DNA of 64,000 nt from assembly GCA_001244265.2 (NCBI GenBank), contig LN717261.1, positions 558,001 to 622,000 on the forward strand, given 5' to 3'. The DNA comes from Microbotryum violaceum (taxonomy: Eukaryota). Shown piece after piece: positions 11,755-24,649 of this stretch. Numbering within the stretch: position 1 is the stretch's first letter; the number at the start of each line of letters is the position of its first letter. Under the pieces are notes generated by a model. It saw only the letters and a list, made by a program, of their open reading frames with translations, searched no databases and was not told where the DNA came from. Made by a program: the position numbers and the translations under genes.

Positions 11755-14453
11755 TATGGGCCGCCGTTTGGGCAACAAATGGATTTGCGCGCCCGGGGCT
11801 ACTTGCGCGTTACAATTCGTTTGTATGCGCGCCTCAAATCGTGCAATTGCGCGCCAAAAGGCCTTCATACGCGCGTCATTCACTCTTGGACGCACTTTTG
11901 GTCTCTAACGCGCTCTGGAACCTGCGGAGTTGCGCGCTTTCCAGGAAAAACATCTGTTTCTGGCCCCTATTGGCGGTCCACGCGCGTTTCGCTCACTGTT
12001 AGACTCGCTCGCCCCGCCGTATCCACGCACGGACGAGGCATTACACGCGCTACAGCGCGCTCATGCGCGCTCATGCGCGCGCAACCTACTCAACTTACGC
12101 GCTTTTTGGTATTTTTCCAAAAATAAGAAAATAAATCCGAAAAGTGATTTTTTCAATTTTCATAGCTAAATTCCGAACCCCGCACGCCCCGCTCTTTACG
12201 ATTTGCGCGCCTCGGAAGTTGCTTACGCGCGCTCCCAAACAGTTCTCACGCTCGCAGAATCGCAGATGCGCGCGACCGGAAACGCTCTCACACGCTCGCG
12301 GCGCTCTGACTCGCTAGCGGCTTTTTCTACTTGCGCGACAACCGACCCGAGGAGGATTGCCTTTTTACTCCGCGGTGTGTCATGGCAGGAGGGCGTTTGC
12401 TTCGATTTCTAAGTCTTAATGTACTTGTAAATAGTGACATTGCTATGGTGTATTGGGTTGGTGTGGCTGTCGAAGCGTTCGAGGCTCAGGGCTGGGCATT
12501 CCGGCTCCAAAGTTGAGTTTCAGAGATCCAGAGAGCTAAGGGCTCGTTCCAGAGAATTATTTGTCGGGGCCAAGAGTCTTGGTATGCAGCAGCAGAATCG
12601 TTATTCAACTTGGAAAGCCACAGAAACATGATCACCCAATGCTTGACCTCAAGTACTAGTTGTTTGATTGTACTACTAGTGGCTCTTAACCAGTAGTATC
12701 TGAGCTTACATAAGCTACTGCCAAGCTGGAGCAACTTCGAGCTCGGGCTTGGATGTGGACGCAGACCTCCCTCGTAAACACCTGACAGCTGACACCGCAT
12801 CTGATCCGATGGATGCTAACCCATGGAAGAGCGCGGAACGGCCATCGACTTGCATTCACTTGCGTCAACCTGGTCAGCAAACGTGCAGAAAGCCCTGTAC
12901 GCCCTTGCGAACTGTGATGGTGATCGTCATCGCCTCCTCAAGTGCCACGAGCGCCTCGTGTCAAACCGAGCGCAGTTCCAACAAGCGATCCAAGTGGGTG
13001 CTCTCGATCCTCAAGAAGAGACGACTGGCCTTGAGCATTTCGACTCTTTACTGTCATCTCTTTCAGCGCAAATCAGCGCGGCCACCGACACGACTGTCTC
13101 AGCCACGTTCACGCCGGTCTGATTAGGAAAGTCGCCGGCAGGGGCTGGCCGCGCGAATGCTGGTAGGATTTAGCAGCTTCGTCACGTCTGTGCGAAGTGG
13201 GGCACGGGGCCGACCGCAACTTGAAGTAGACCCGGGACTCTTATGACAAGCTGCTCATGAGCAAAATCTTGGTACCACACAAATTGCGAAGCTGTTTGGG
13301 GTCTCTCGACGGACCATACGAAAGGCCATCGTTGATCAACAAGTGCGACAACCCTTCGAGCGCACGAGGGTCCGGACCCTCCTCCCCGATGTCGAACTCG
13401 ATCGTCTCGTGATGGAGATACTCGATCACGAAACAAGCTTGGGCGAAATACTAGTGGGAGGTGCACTCCGGGCTCGGGGTATCGACGTTCCCCGAGAAGC
13501 ACTTCCAGCGTCGATCCAGCGCACGCGTCCGCTTCGCCGTCACGTACATGCAAATCACCCGGTGATGAGGCGCAGGTACAATGTGGCGGGGCCGAACGCG
13601 CTGTGGCATCACGATGGCCAACATGCGCTCATCTCGTTTGGCATTGTCATACATGGATTCATTGACGGGTACTCCCGCGTCCTTGCTGGGGTCAGAGCAT
13701 CTTCGAATAATCGGGCAAGCACGGTACTGAGCGTCTTCCAAGACGCTATTGCACTCTACCCAGTTCCGTCTCGAGTCAGAGAAGATAGCGGGGGAGAGAA
13801 CGTTCAAGTGGCTGCAATGATGGAAGCCGTTTGCGGTCTTGGGCGCGGATCTTACCTTTGGGGAACGTAAGTCACCGCACCATGACCCGTCCTAGGCCCC
13901 AGGTTGCTGTCTCCAACGCTGATCATAGTCATGTTGCGGCCCCACAATCTTCAGGTCCCCACACAACCAACGAATTGAAAGGTTCTGGCGTGCCTTGGAG
14001 AAATCCGTTCTCAATGCGTGGCTACACCGCTTTCGTCATCTGGAAGACGAGCATGGCCTCAACATCGAGCTCTCCCGACATGTGTGGCTCTTGGAGTTCC
14101 TATTTCTCCAAGGACCTGGCATGGTGTCAAGATGTTTGGAACAACCACAAGCTTTGCAGCGATCCACACCAAACCAACTCTTCTGGTCCGGCAGGATTCA
14201 AAACGGAGGCCGAGGTATCTATGACGAGAACCTGCACATTCCGGAGTCGACGGAACAAGCAGGCAACGCAAACAACAACATGTTTGGAGAGGAAGTGAGA
14301 AGTCATGTTGACTTGCACAGTCAACGCTCACCATTTCTCAATAATCCCGAAGGTCTTGAAGCGCTCCAGCGGCGGATGACGGAGCGATGGCATGCTTCAG
14401 CGGTTGACAGATGGTTGGAGGGTGTGCGTGCTATGGAGCAACTGATTGAGTGA
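11755..14453 (+). mobile_element. IS3EU-like DDE DNA transposon, left end plus degenerate transposase; right end not found
   Basis: Starts TATGGGCCG (TAY terminus, as recalled for IS3EU), then a CGCG-rich subterminal region and an integrase-core transposase. Confidence 0.6.
12823..14453 (+). pseudogene. IS3EU-type integrase-core transposase (spliced, frameshifted)
   Basis: GARGRPQLEVD; RRRYNVAGPNALWHHDGQHALISFGIVIHGFIDGYSR..SNNRASTVL..PSRVREDSGGENV..GRGSYLWG, intron from ~13867, then HNQRIERFW..WNNH. Confidence 0.8.
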
Positions 14454-14499
14454 TGGTTGAGGTGATGATCACGCATAATTGACCCATTCTGTGTTATTG

Positions 14500-14708
14500 C
14501 CTCCTGCGTCCATCTCCATTGTACGCGACGGCGTGACTGAGTGAATCCCGCTCAGGATCACCGGTGGCATGCGTCATTGTGTTTTCTGCCGCTCCGCGGC
14601 CCATGTCCGTAAGGACTGCCCCGTCACCCCGGCGTGCAAGTCGTGCGCAAGCACCTCGCACGCCAGCCAGCCTTGCCCGGGCCGCCGCCTCGCGTCGAGC
14701 CCCCAGGG
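14500..14708 (+). mobile_element. Fragment of LINE ORF1 (zinc-knuckle region), paralog of 16210-16415
   Basis: MRHCVFCRSAAHVRKDCPV.PACKSCASTSHA is nearly identical to the ORF1 segment of the adjacent LINE. Confidence 0.85.
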
Positions 14709-14711
14709 CAC

Positions 14712-15175
14712 TATCACGAAGGACAAAGATAGGAGGAACGAGCCGGACGAAGGGGCTCGAGACGAGGGGCGAGGGACGAGGGACAAGTCGAGAGAGGTTC
14801 TAGGGACTTCTCAAGAGAAATGAGGACAAGGGACGAGTGCAAGGATGTGACCTTTGAGCAGAAGGGCAAGAGAGAAGTAAGCTACGGAAAGGGGGAACTA
14901 GACCAGAGGAGTCGGGGACGAGGTGACAAGCTTGAGGAGGCGAGGCACGAGGATCACGTAATAGTGTTGAGGCTGAGGATCACGTAATAGAGCTTGGTTG
15001 ATGATCACGTAAGAGTCGGGGGCGAGAGGGTTGTGAGTGTGTAGTTGGAGGAGAAGAAAGCAGTGCAGGTGCCGAAGCGGGGAGAGGAGGTCCGAGGCGC
15101 GGGAAGGCCGAGGTCACGCGGATGACGAGAGTGCTGAGAGGCCGAACTCGGAGTGGCGAGCTTCCATTCGTGACA
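14712..15175. mobile_element. Solo LTR (464 bp) with 5 bp TSD GGCAC
   Basis: Termini TATCACGAA...TTCGTGACA (inverted, one mismatch); GGCAC at 14707-14711 and 15176-15180; internal GAGGATCACGTAATAG repeats. Confidence 0.85.
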
Positions 15176-15180
15176 GGCAC

Positions 15181-15441
15181 AGAACCCCCGAAAGCCCAGC
15201 CGGAGGCGCATTTTTTTTTTGACATTTTGAGGACCCAAAATCCTGAAAATCTCCGAGGCGCATTGCAAAAATTTGACATTTTGGGACGAAACACACGTTT
15301 CGCCCCCGAGGCGCATGCCCAGATTTTGACATTTTCCCGTGAGTCGGCCCAATTTTGGCCTACCCTGAGCAGCCTTCGGCATGACTCTTGGCCCGTTTGC
15401 CTTCGCTTTGAGACGCGTTTCGCAATGCTCGCGCTTGAACA
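15181..15441. repeat. Probable transposon-end module with three ~52 bp-spaced AGGCGCAT..TTTGACATTTT motifs
   Basis: Motifs start at 15204, 15256 and 15309; related motifs at 22328 and 41640-41664. Confidence 0.65.
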
Positions 15442-15595
15442 AGTCACTTAGTACTAGCCATCTTTGGTAATCACTTGAGTTAAGTGGCTGTGAGGGATTA
15501 GGCCGATTAGATATTGAAAGGGCGCAATTTGTCTACCAACTAATTTTTCAACTTGCCTCTCCCCGCGGACTCTCAAAAAAGTAAACTCCTATTGG

Positions 15596-17026
15596 ATGGA
15601 CAACAACAACAACACCAACAACGCTAGCCATGCTGCTATACCACCTCTTCGCCCTGACCCTCCCGATCCCCCGGCCAAGCCCGTGCCACCACCACCAAAT
15701 TATACTCCGCCGCGGTCGGCGCCCGCTCCGCTGCGAAGCACGGAAACGCCACCGCCAATGCCTTGACTGCCGTCGCCGCCCATCCACTGATGCACAACAT
15801 CGAGAATTGTGTCATCATCAACACCCCACCCTCAACCTCGGTCGAGCAAGTCCTCCTCGCGCTTGACAAATACTACCCTGGCCTTACCGGCGCAATGCCA
15901 TGCGTCATCAAGGGTCAGCGCGGCCTCCGCTTTCCCAAGGCCGCCAATCTCGACGCCCTGGTGGCCAACGGCCTCACTGTTGGCAAGACTCTGTGCAAAG
16001 TCGAGAAGCTGTACAGCTCTACTAGAGGAGGTGTTGTACAATGCACCCTTACGGGCTTTTTCTCCGACCCCGAGGGCCTCTGCCTATTCGATGAGCAGAT
16101 CGCTGCCTATGGCACGGTCCTCCGTCGTCGCATCCAATACATTGGAAAGACGAAACACATCTCTGGGGTGTACGACTTTATCCTTGCTCTTAAGGATGTA
16201 GATGTTTTGCCCCCTGCCTCACTTTCTATTGCTTGTGACGGTGTCACTGAGCAAATCCCACTGAGGATCACCGGTGGCATGCGCCACTGCGTCTTCTGCC
16301 GTTCCGCGGCTCACGTCCGTAAGGATTGCCCCGTCGCCCCGGCGTGCAAGTCCTGCGCGAGCACCTCGCACGCCACCCAGCACTGCCCGGCCCGTCATGC
16401 GTCGAGCCCCCAGGGACCCCCCACGTCACGTGCCCCGCAAGCCTCCACCGTTACCACCGCCGCCCCGCCGCCGTGTCCAAGTCGATCTCCCCGGCCTCCG
16501 CCCACAACCGCACGACCAAAAAGCGTCGAGTGGAACAGGATCTGGCTGCCCAGACTGAAGATCTGTCCAACAGAGCTCAGCCCAATTTCTGTCAAAGAAT
16601 ACCCGCCCCAAGTTCTCCTTCAATTTCCCTTGCAAAACTGCCACTCCTCCTGCCCCCCAGCCTGCCTCCAATCAGGGAATTGCCTACTCCCTCATTGAAA
16701 AATCCTCCGAGTCCCCCAGCTCAGAGACCACCTCTCCATCCCCAAGCCCTCCTCCGGCCATGCCAAAGTCGATCATAACTCAATCCCAGTCGATTGCCGC
16801 CCTCTCCAAGCCAGCCACTCGTGAAGCCCCTCCCACTGCGCCTGCCCTCGAAGCCTCCGAGCCGAGCCCCGAGCCTTCTTTGCCCACGCCGTTGCCCTCA
16901 GCTGCACCCAAAGCCCGACCCGATGACGCCGACACCAACAACGAGGCCGACGAAGAAGCCGAAGACCAAGAAGCACCTCCTAAGGACGTGGAAGACGCTA
17001 TGGACCAAAATGATGAGCACAACTAA
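15596..17026 (+). pseudogene. LINE ORF1 (gag-like, zinc knuckles), frameshifted
   Basis: HCVFCRSAAHVRKDCP..CKSCASTSHATQHCP followed by Pro-rich and acidic tails split over frames. Confidence 0.8.
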
Positions 17027-20000
17027 AATCCCAAACGTGTATTTTGTTGCTGCCAACGTGCAGTCAATCAATGAAGACCGTAAGCGTGCCTCTCTTTTCT
17101 CCAATCTCCGCTCCCATAACGCCGACGTCTTTCTCCTGAGCAAAACTGGCCGACCTTCCCCGAAAGGGTGGCCCAGTGGACTCAGGAGTGCCAAGACTTA
17201 AAGTTCTCCGCTCTTTTCACTCCTTTCAACAACACTGCCATACTTTGGAAGAGCGACTCCGTGGCCATTACTTTTGATCCCGAGTCGCCTCCAAACACTC
17301 TTCGTGCCTCTTTCTCTTTCCCGGACCGAGTCATCAACGCCATCTTTTGTGTGGGTGATTCAAAAGTCCGGGTTGTATCAATATACGTGCCTTCCTCCGA
17401 CAAGCCAGACAAAAAACGCTTCCTCTCACACCTCAGCACCGCCCTCCAACAAGTTGTACGTGACGAACCCTCGCCGCCTGCACTCCTAGTCGGGGGGGAC
17501 TGGAATTGTGTTGAGTCCCAGCCCCTCGATTCGGAGAACCAAAACGGAACGAATTATGGGGTCAGGAGATGCGCAACCTTGCCACGGCCAACAATCTTTT
17601 CGACACCTATCGGCTCCATCATCCCAAAGGACATGGCACGACGAATCGCTCAGCGCCCGGCACGTGCCGTCGCCTTGATCGCATCTATGTCTCGCCTGAT
17701 TGGGTCGACCTCTTCCATGATCACAAAATTTGGGCTCCTGTCCTCAAATCGACGCACTCAATGGTTGTGGCACGGTTCCAAGTGCCGGGCGCAATCGACA
17801 TTGGTCCGGGCAAATTCAAGCTGGGTTTGCACGTGATCGAGGGCGACGCGACCTGCGAGTACCTCACCTCCATTGTCCGCACCCTTTACAACAAAGCCCT
17901 CCTCCAGACGCCCAACGATCCACCAGCAGCTTGGACATCCACCAAACACCGCCTGCTGCCCGAGCTGCAGGCTCTGGCCCGGGCTTTCGCTCGGTTCCGT
18001 CGTGGTGGGTCGGAGCAAGAGAGGGCTGACCACTCGCGCTACGGCGCGGCCCTGCGGTCCCGCCTCGACCCATCTCTGGCGGGTCCCTCTTCCATCTTCA
18101 TCCGCCTGCGCAAAGTGCGAGCATCCGACCTGATCCCTTCGCTCACGGTCGACGATGTTGTTCATTCCGACCCTGATTCGATGCTTGGAGCGGCCAGCGA
18201 CTACTTCGAGCGGGTCTATGAGGACCGCCCCATCGATGACGCGGCCCTGAAGGCGATCATCGACGGCCTCGCTTCAACTCGCCTCTCCCCCGCGGACTCA
18301 CTCAAGCTCAAGGAAGCGTACCCGTTGGAGGAGATGACAAAGGCTCAAGCGGCGTGTAAGTCGAACTCTTCGCCAGGGCCTGACGGCCTCCCGGTTGAGT
18401 TCTATTGCGCTACGTGGCCGGCCACTGGCCCGATTCTTCGAGACGTCATCAACTCAATCCCCACCGAGGCCCGTCAACCTGGACCTCTTCCCCGCAACAC
18501 CGCCCACATCCATCTCATCCACAAACGCGGCGAGAGGGATCAGCTTTCGAACAAACGCCCCATATCGCTCATTAATGCGGACAAGCGCATCATCTCGCAA
18601 GCCCACAACCAGCGCCTCGCTCCCTTGCTCGAGTCCCTGATTGGCCCAACCCAACGTGGCTTTGTTCCGAACCGTTGGATCGGCACAAACATCGCTGAGG
18701 TCCAATGTCTCATGGACCCTGGACTTCCGGGCTCAACACCCGTGTCTGGCATGCTAGCGGTGATGGACTATGAAAAGGCTTACGATCATCCTTCCCACCC
18801 GTACCTTGATGCAGTCCTCTGCGCCGTTGGCCTCGGCCCCAAAGCCCGCCAATGGTACCGAGCGACCTACCCCAACCAATCTGCCTCGATCTTCCTCAAC
18901 AGTTGGCTCTCTGCCACTTTCGACATCCTGTTGGGCGTTCAGCAAGGTGATCCTTTGGCTCTGCCTCTCTTTGTCCTGACGATCAAAGGTTTTGCCTGTC
19001 AGATTCGATTGAGAGTCAAGGGCATCGATATTGCGGGCCACCAAAACGTTCGCGAACTCCTTTTTGCCGACGACGCTTGCTGCGCACTCCACAACCTCTC
19101 GGACCTCGACCACCTCAATCGGGCGATCGAGCTTTACGAACGGGCAAGTGCCAGCAAGCTCAGCAACGTCAAATCTTTCCTCTACCCCCTTGGAGCTTTT
19201 CGGGATCGGTCGATTACCCCAGATCTCGGGACCTGGCGTCTCAGCGATTCGCAGTTTCGCTACCTTGGTATTCAGGTCGGGGTGGAGATTGCTGAGGATG
19301 CGGGCTGGGAAGATGTCAAGGCCTTGACCATCGCTCGGATACGCTTGATTCCGATGTAGGATCTCCCATATGCAGCCAAGTGTTCGATCATCAACATCTA
19401 CTGCTACACAAAGATCTTGTACTACAGCCAATTCCTTCCCGCCCCAAGAGCGTTGTCAAGGAGATCGAGGAGGCCGCCATGCTCGCCATTCACGGTCGAG
19501 CTTCGGATGGTACTCAGCGACGTCCGAAGGTCTCCCGGTCGCGCCTCTGCACCCCTCTTGATCACGGCGGCTTTGGTTTGATTGATCTGCCTCGGCGTCT
19601 AGCAATCAATCACGCGAAGTGGGTCTTCCAGCTCCGGGCCCGGACAGCTGCTTCACACGCCACCTCTTCGACATCCGCATCTGCCTCCAGGCACCAAACG
19701 AACCAACCCCTTTCACCTTGTCCAGACCGGCCCCAACCAGCATCGTTGCCCTTGGATTTGGATCTGGTGGGCTTACTTTTGCCATCCTCCCCCAAAGTGG
19801 GACCATGCAGTGAGAAAAATGACAAAACCTCTTCCTGCTCGTTGGGTCCGATACTTCGAAACCTGGGCGTTGGTGACCACGCTCAATCCCCGGAACTCTC
19901 CAAGAGCCAGAACCTCGAGCAATGGGCGACGCACGTACTCTATTTCCCAGCGGGCCACGGAATACAACTCTCGGTAAACCCGACGCTTTTTCGAGGGCCC

Positions 20001-20564
20001 GATGGCGAGGTGATGACCCCGTCTTCGTTTGTGAACGCGTCCAAACGCCACCAAGTCTTCATCTTCCCCAAGGGACACCAGAAGGTATTCGATCTGCCTG
20101 AGCAACGCTGGAACGCTTGGTGGAAGGCTTTGCACAAGGTTCGCCGGGTTCACTCGGACGCCAAGGATACCGGCCACCTTCTCTCCCTGGGGTCCCTCCA
20201 TCCGGGAAGCCAAGTCGCCTCCCCAACCAGCCCACATCCCAACAATCGATCTACCTCCTGTGTGATGTGCCTCTCGGAAGCACCCGAGTGCCTGGTTCAC
20301 CTCGCGGTCGGCTGCCCATTTGCCCGGCGCCTCTGGTCTGCTCTGTCCCCGACCCCCACCCAGTCTTTGTGGACTTTGTATGCCCGGTTGTGTCTTGCTC
20401 GGAACGTCGACTTGTCGAACTACAAGTCCTCTTCTTTCACTCGATCTGGAAGCTCTGTTGCCGTCGTCAATTCTCGTCCGATCTTTTGGAACCAATCACC
20501 GAAAGAGTTCAAGGGGCTTCGAGCCTCTATCCAGGAGTCCAAGGGTCGCCTAGTGTCTCTGTAA
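17013..20564 (+). pseudogene. LINE ORF2 (apurinic endonuclease + reverse transcriptase + zinc finger), frameshifted
   Basis: VAANVQS, VGGDWNCV, RRLDRIYV, SPGPDGLPVEFY, KRPISLINAD, DYEKAYD, GVQQGDPLA, LFADD, FRYLGI, GGFGLIDL, CVMC..E..HLAVGC. Confidence 0.9.
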
Positions 20565-20865
20565 GACACCAAAGGGGGTTTTAGTGGGAATGGTTGATCC
20601 TGGTTCAGGGCCAATGAGTCCTACACTACTGGCTTCTGCCAGTGTGCGTAACAGCATTCCCTCCGACTTTTCCGAAGATTTCTAGGTATCAATATAATTG
20701 TGCTGTTAATGAAGTCTATCAAATAAATAAAAAAGGTTCCGTTCCGCTTCACTTCGGTCCGAGATTGGAGCATAGCACAACAACATCATCCCATGCAGGC
20801 CTTGATCGATGCCTTCGATTGATTATTGCCGCTCACCAACATGAACATGACAATCGCCGAGCTCC

Positions 20866-22176
20866 TTGCCTTTGATGTCGCTCCCGCCGACGCGTCTCTT
20901 CACATCGAGTTGTCCAAAGATGAGCTCACCCACTACTCGACCCTATCATCTACTCGAGGCCGTTGAGAAGGCAAACAGCTTCTCACAAACAATTGTCTAC
21001 CAAGCTCAACTATCGAAATTTCGGTCTAAGCTCACGCGTGTTTGGTTCTACACAGCCCACACACTTGAAACTTCCGCCTCAAGCTGTCGATGCTCGCGAT
21101 ACCAATTTCTCACTGAACTGGCCAACCTGATTGCCCATCAAGCTGCTCATAAGTGTAGCCACCTCAAGCTGTTCTACTCAAGGGAGGCCAATGGACTCGA
21201 GCGACCCAACTTGCGGAGAGGCAGGCGTAGGGTTTAGCAATACACAGGAAGGACGCAGTACAACACATTCAAGCGTCTTGAAAGGGTTGGTACAGTCCAT
21301 GGGACCATCTCGCTGCGAAGACATGGCGGGCACGACGAGGAGCTTGAACGAGATTCAGAAGAACGCCTATATTGAGGACGGCCGCATCCAAGTGAGTTGT
21401 TGCTGAATTTAGGAACGAAGGCAGCTGGATCTAATGTTTTGCCGGTCCTATACTTTTAGGAAAAGCTCCCTGAGAGAGACAAGCAGTATGGAGCGCTAGC
21501 ACAACGCTATCCTCATTTTGGATCGCTTGACGGAGCTGTAAACGCTGCCACACCATTGGAGATTGGATCTCTGATCTGCTTTGGCCTCAAGCGTGGCATG
21601 CATTCACTCAGCTGCGATCAAACTGCTTATGGAGAAGAAGCGCTGTCTATCGGAATTGGTGCATTGTTTTGAGTGGCAGTTGAGCTGTGAAGTTCTCGTT
21701 TGACATAAGTCTTGTGTCCTACAGTGCGACACATCTACAGCAGAGTGACACCAAACCACTGCAACCAAGACACGCTCGCCTCGTTGGTTCTACTCTCAAG
21801 TGTCGTCATACAGGAGCTTCGCCTCATCAAGAAAACATGCTATTCCACACACCTCATTGATGGCACTATGCCGTTCCGCATGATTGATGGTCGACAGGTC
21901 ATCGAGTCATTAGGCCCGTCAACGACTACATATCGTTCAACCACGGACTTTGCCTCATGTTACCCGGACGAGCGCCTAATCAGCACGAGCGCACATGCTG
22001 AGCGAAGGTTTGCCGCCCTTCGGAGCGTGCCCGGCCTGCGAGATGCCGCCGGCAGAACCTCTACAAGTCGCACAAATGCCACCGCAGAAACAAGGAGCTC
22101 AACTTCAGCAATAAGGAAAAGGAAGTCTGACAACGAAGCAGCGAGCCAGCCAGCAAAGCAAGGAAGGCTTGTTTGA
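20866..22176 (+). pseudogene. Spliced gene relic with possible SWIM-type zinc finger, probably transposon-associated
   Basis: CRCSRYQ...HKCSHL pattern; GTGAGT..TTTAG intron at ~21391-21459; downstream ORF ends in KRK-rich tail; no firm family call. Confidence 0.3.
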
Positions 22177-22259
22177 AGCGTGGAGCCACGCGTAACACCA
22201 GCCGAAGCGACGCGCACCGCAAGCCACTTTCGATAGGCCGCCGCGCACCCGCAAACGCT

Positions 22260-22413
22260 CGGAACGCGTTTTCAAGGACTTTTGAGCGATGTTTGTAGCA
22301 TGTAGAACACATTTTGATAATGTTCCCAGGCGCATGAGAAATTTTGACATTTTGGGGCCAAAATAGGGTAAAAAACTTTGACGAAACCAGTGGGAACCCG
22401 TTAAATTAACGGG
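22260..22413. repeat. Second copy of the AGGCGCAT..TTTGACATTTT module, ending in palindrome CCCGTTAA-A-TTAACGGG
   Basis: Motif at 22328-22353; 8 bp perfect stem at 22397-22413. Confidence 0.55.
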
Positions 22414-22519
22414 AGGATGACATTCAAATAGCAGGATAATTGTACAGTCTACGTGATTTCAGCGCAGAGGTTAAACAACCCAATACGAAGAAGAAACAAA
22501 ATCCATTCATCCTACATTC

Positions 22520-23680
22520 ATTGCCAAAACAGCCTGCATGTCGCTTGCTGCCGGACTTGGCTTCAAACACTCGTGCAATGAGATCCGGACGGTTGCATGC
22601 TTTGTCGTTTGGCCCCAGTGCAGCCTTGATTTTTGGTGATTCAGGAACGCACGTCATTGTGATGAGCAGCGGAGGCTTTCCATGTTTGACAACGCACGCC
22701 ATCGCATCCTGGTATCGCTGCATGATGTCGCGCGGTCTATTCTTGAACGTCGAGCCCAAAGTCGTCGAGCGTCCAATTTGGTCCGGGGTTAAGCCGTTGA
22801 TGCCTTGGGTTGTGGTGAGGCGTAGGTTTTCTTAATGCAACTGGATGTAATTGAGTCGATTGGTCTCAGCCTGGGAGTATCCTTCGATCACGAACGCCGG
22901 GAAGGGATGTTGAGTGCCATGCGGGCTCGTCGCGTTTGTGCAAGTAGAACGCAAAGGATTTGTGAACGCGAGACTCACCACCTTGACCCTCTTTACTTGA
23001 ACTTTGTCGTAGGTGTTCAAATACTCAATATCAATCTGTGCTCGAGCCTTAACAGAATGGAACACCCGAGAAGGAGCCAAAGATGCTTACGTTCACCATC
23101 ACCATTCTCTTCGTCCCCTTCCTCCTTGTCTTCACCTTCTTTGTTGCGGTCTTTTGGCGAAGAGTGGCCCAACTTGATCGAACCGCAAAGAGGAATGCTG
23201 GGGTGGAATCCATCTTTCCCCGCGGGGAAGAGTAGTGGGTACCGGAGAGGCATCCCAGACGGATGGAGCGAGCCAAAGATTTGGTACTTGGGCCGACCAT
23301 TGGGACATTGATCACCGTGCACCTGAGGAATAAGGTCTTGCGGTCCACGATCTCCCGTGTTGGTGTCGGAATCGCAGAACCGCATCGCCATTTCCGTGCT
23401 TGACGTCGGAAGGTTGTGGGTGTGTTGGCCTTGGCCTAGTGGTATGCAAAGGCGCAGGATCCACTCTTTGGCCGTATCCCAACCTGCGCGAGCGTTGACC
23501 AATGCAAAGCCCCTCACAAAGCGATTGTCGGTACGCAAGTTGGACTCGAGCTTGGTCAACGTAGATCTTTGTATGCGACTGTCTGCGCCGTTGGGTCCCA
23601 AGTTGTGTGTTGGTGGCCTCGGCCGGCTTGATGAGCCATGTCTGAGTAAAGGCTGGGCGTTGATTCACGGCAGGGATCAG
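22520..23680 (-). mobile_element. Helitron Rep (Helitron_like_N) fragment, degenerate
   Basis: LHPSGMPLRYPLLFPAGKDGFH; YSQAETNRLNYI; STFKNRPRDIMQRYQDAMACVVKHGKPPLLITMTC..RPDLIARVFEAK. Confidence 0.88.
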
Positions 23681-23689
23681 GGCGCGTGA

Positions 23690-24649
23690 ATCCTCGAGTT
23701 GCAAGAATGGACTCCGCAAGGTGATGCTGATCCATGCGAAGCTCCCCCCGCGTCTCGTCGACCGTGATTTTCATGCCAAGGAACATGTCGACCTCCCCTT
23801 CCCGAAGCTTGAACCGTACACTGAAAGCGAGAAGGAACTCCTCGATGTCATCATCGACACACATCGCCAGCAAAAGAGTGAGAGACTTGCCCCCAACCTC
23901 GCAAACACAACGATACATTCCACGGTCTTCCTTGATGCGTACGAAACCGTGACTCTTTGTCAATTCATCGCGTAGTGTCTGATTCCAGTTGTGACCGGCT
24001 TGCTTCAGACCGTAAATCAAGCGACGGAGGCGATGGACTGTCTTGTCCGGCAGCTGGATCCAAACTTGTTCCAAGACATCCGCATTGAGGTACGCGTTGT
24101 TGACATCGAATTGTCGGCGTCGCCAGCGATGTACACGTGCTAGAACGTTCAAAATGCGTACCGAAGCGATGCGGGCGGTAGGAGCGTATGTGGTTCCGTA
24201 GTCTCCCGGCTTTTGAAGATCGCCCCGAGCGACAAGTCTGGCTTTGAAAATGAGTACGTCCCCTCGATCATTGCGCTTCTTCAGGAGGACCACCTTAGTT
24301 GGGATTGCCCTTCGTCCGACTGGTGGCTGAGACTCCTCCTTGTCCCAGGTGCCCATGCCCTCATGGTTGGACAGCTCGCGTGCATACACAACACACCATT
24401 GTTCCCTATCCGGACCATTTATCGCTACGCGGAAAGTGGGCTCGTCTGGGTTGCCAGTCCAAAGCTCGTAGCAGTCTCCGACAATGTATTTTGTGTCAAG
24501 ATCGCCGACGACGTCCGCAAGAGGTGTCCAGCCACCGTCACACCGGGAGAGATCGATGTGACCCACGAGAGGTAACCGGTGGCAGTCATTGTCGAGAAGA
24601 TCGGTGAGTTCAACAAAATTTCCATCGTCCACAATCGGTCGGCGACGAG
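23690..24649 (-). mobile_element. Ty1/Copia reverse transcriptase fragment
   Basis: FKARLVARGDLQKPGDYGTTYAPTA, QFDVNNAYLNA, IYGLKQAGHNWN, CVDD, FLGMKI. Confidence 0.88.

Larger units (their letters stand above)
15596..20734 (+). mobile_element. Near full-length L1/Tx1-clade non-LTR retrotransposon, degenerate
   Basis: ORF1 with CCHC knuckles, ORF2 with APE, RT and C-terminal CCHC finger, A-rich tail AAATAAATAAAAAA at 20721-20734. Confidence 0.9.

Noticed and set aside
15204-15335. Regularly spaced repeats as a CRISPR-like array
   Set aside because: Three degenerate bipartite motifs in eukaryotic TE context with no cas genes
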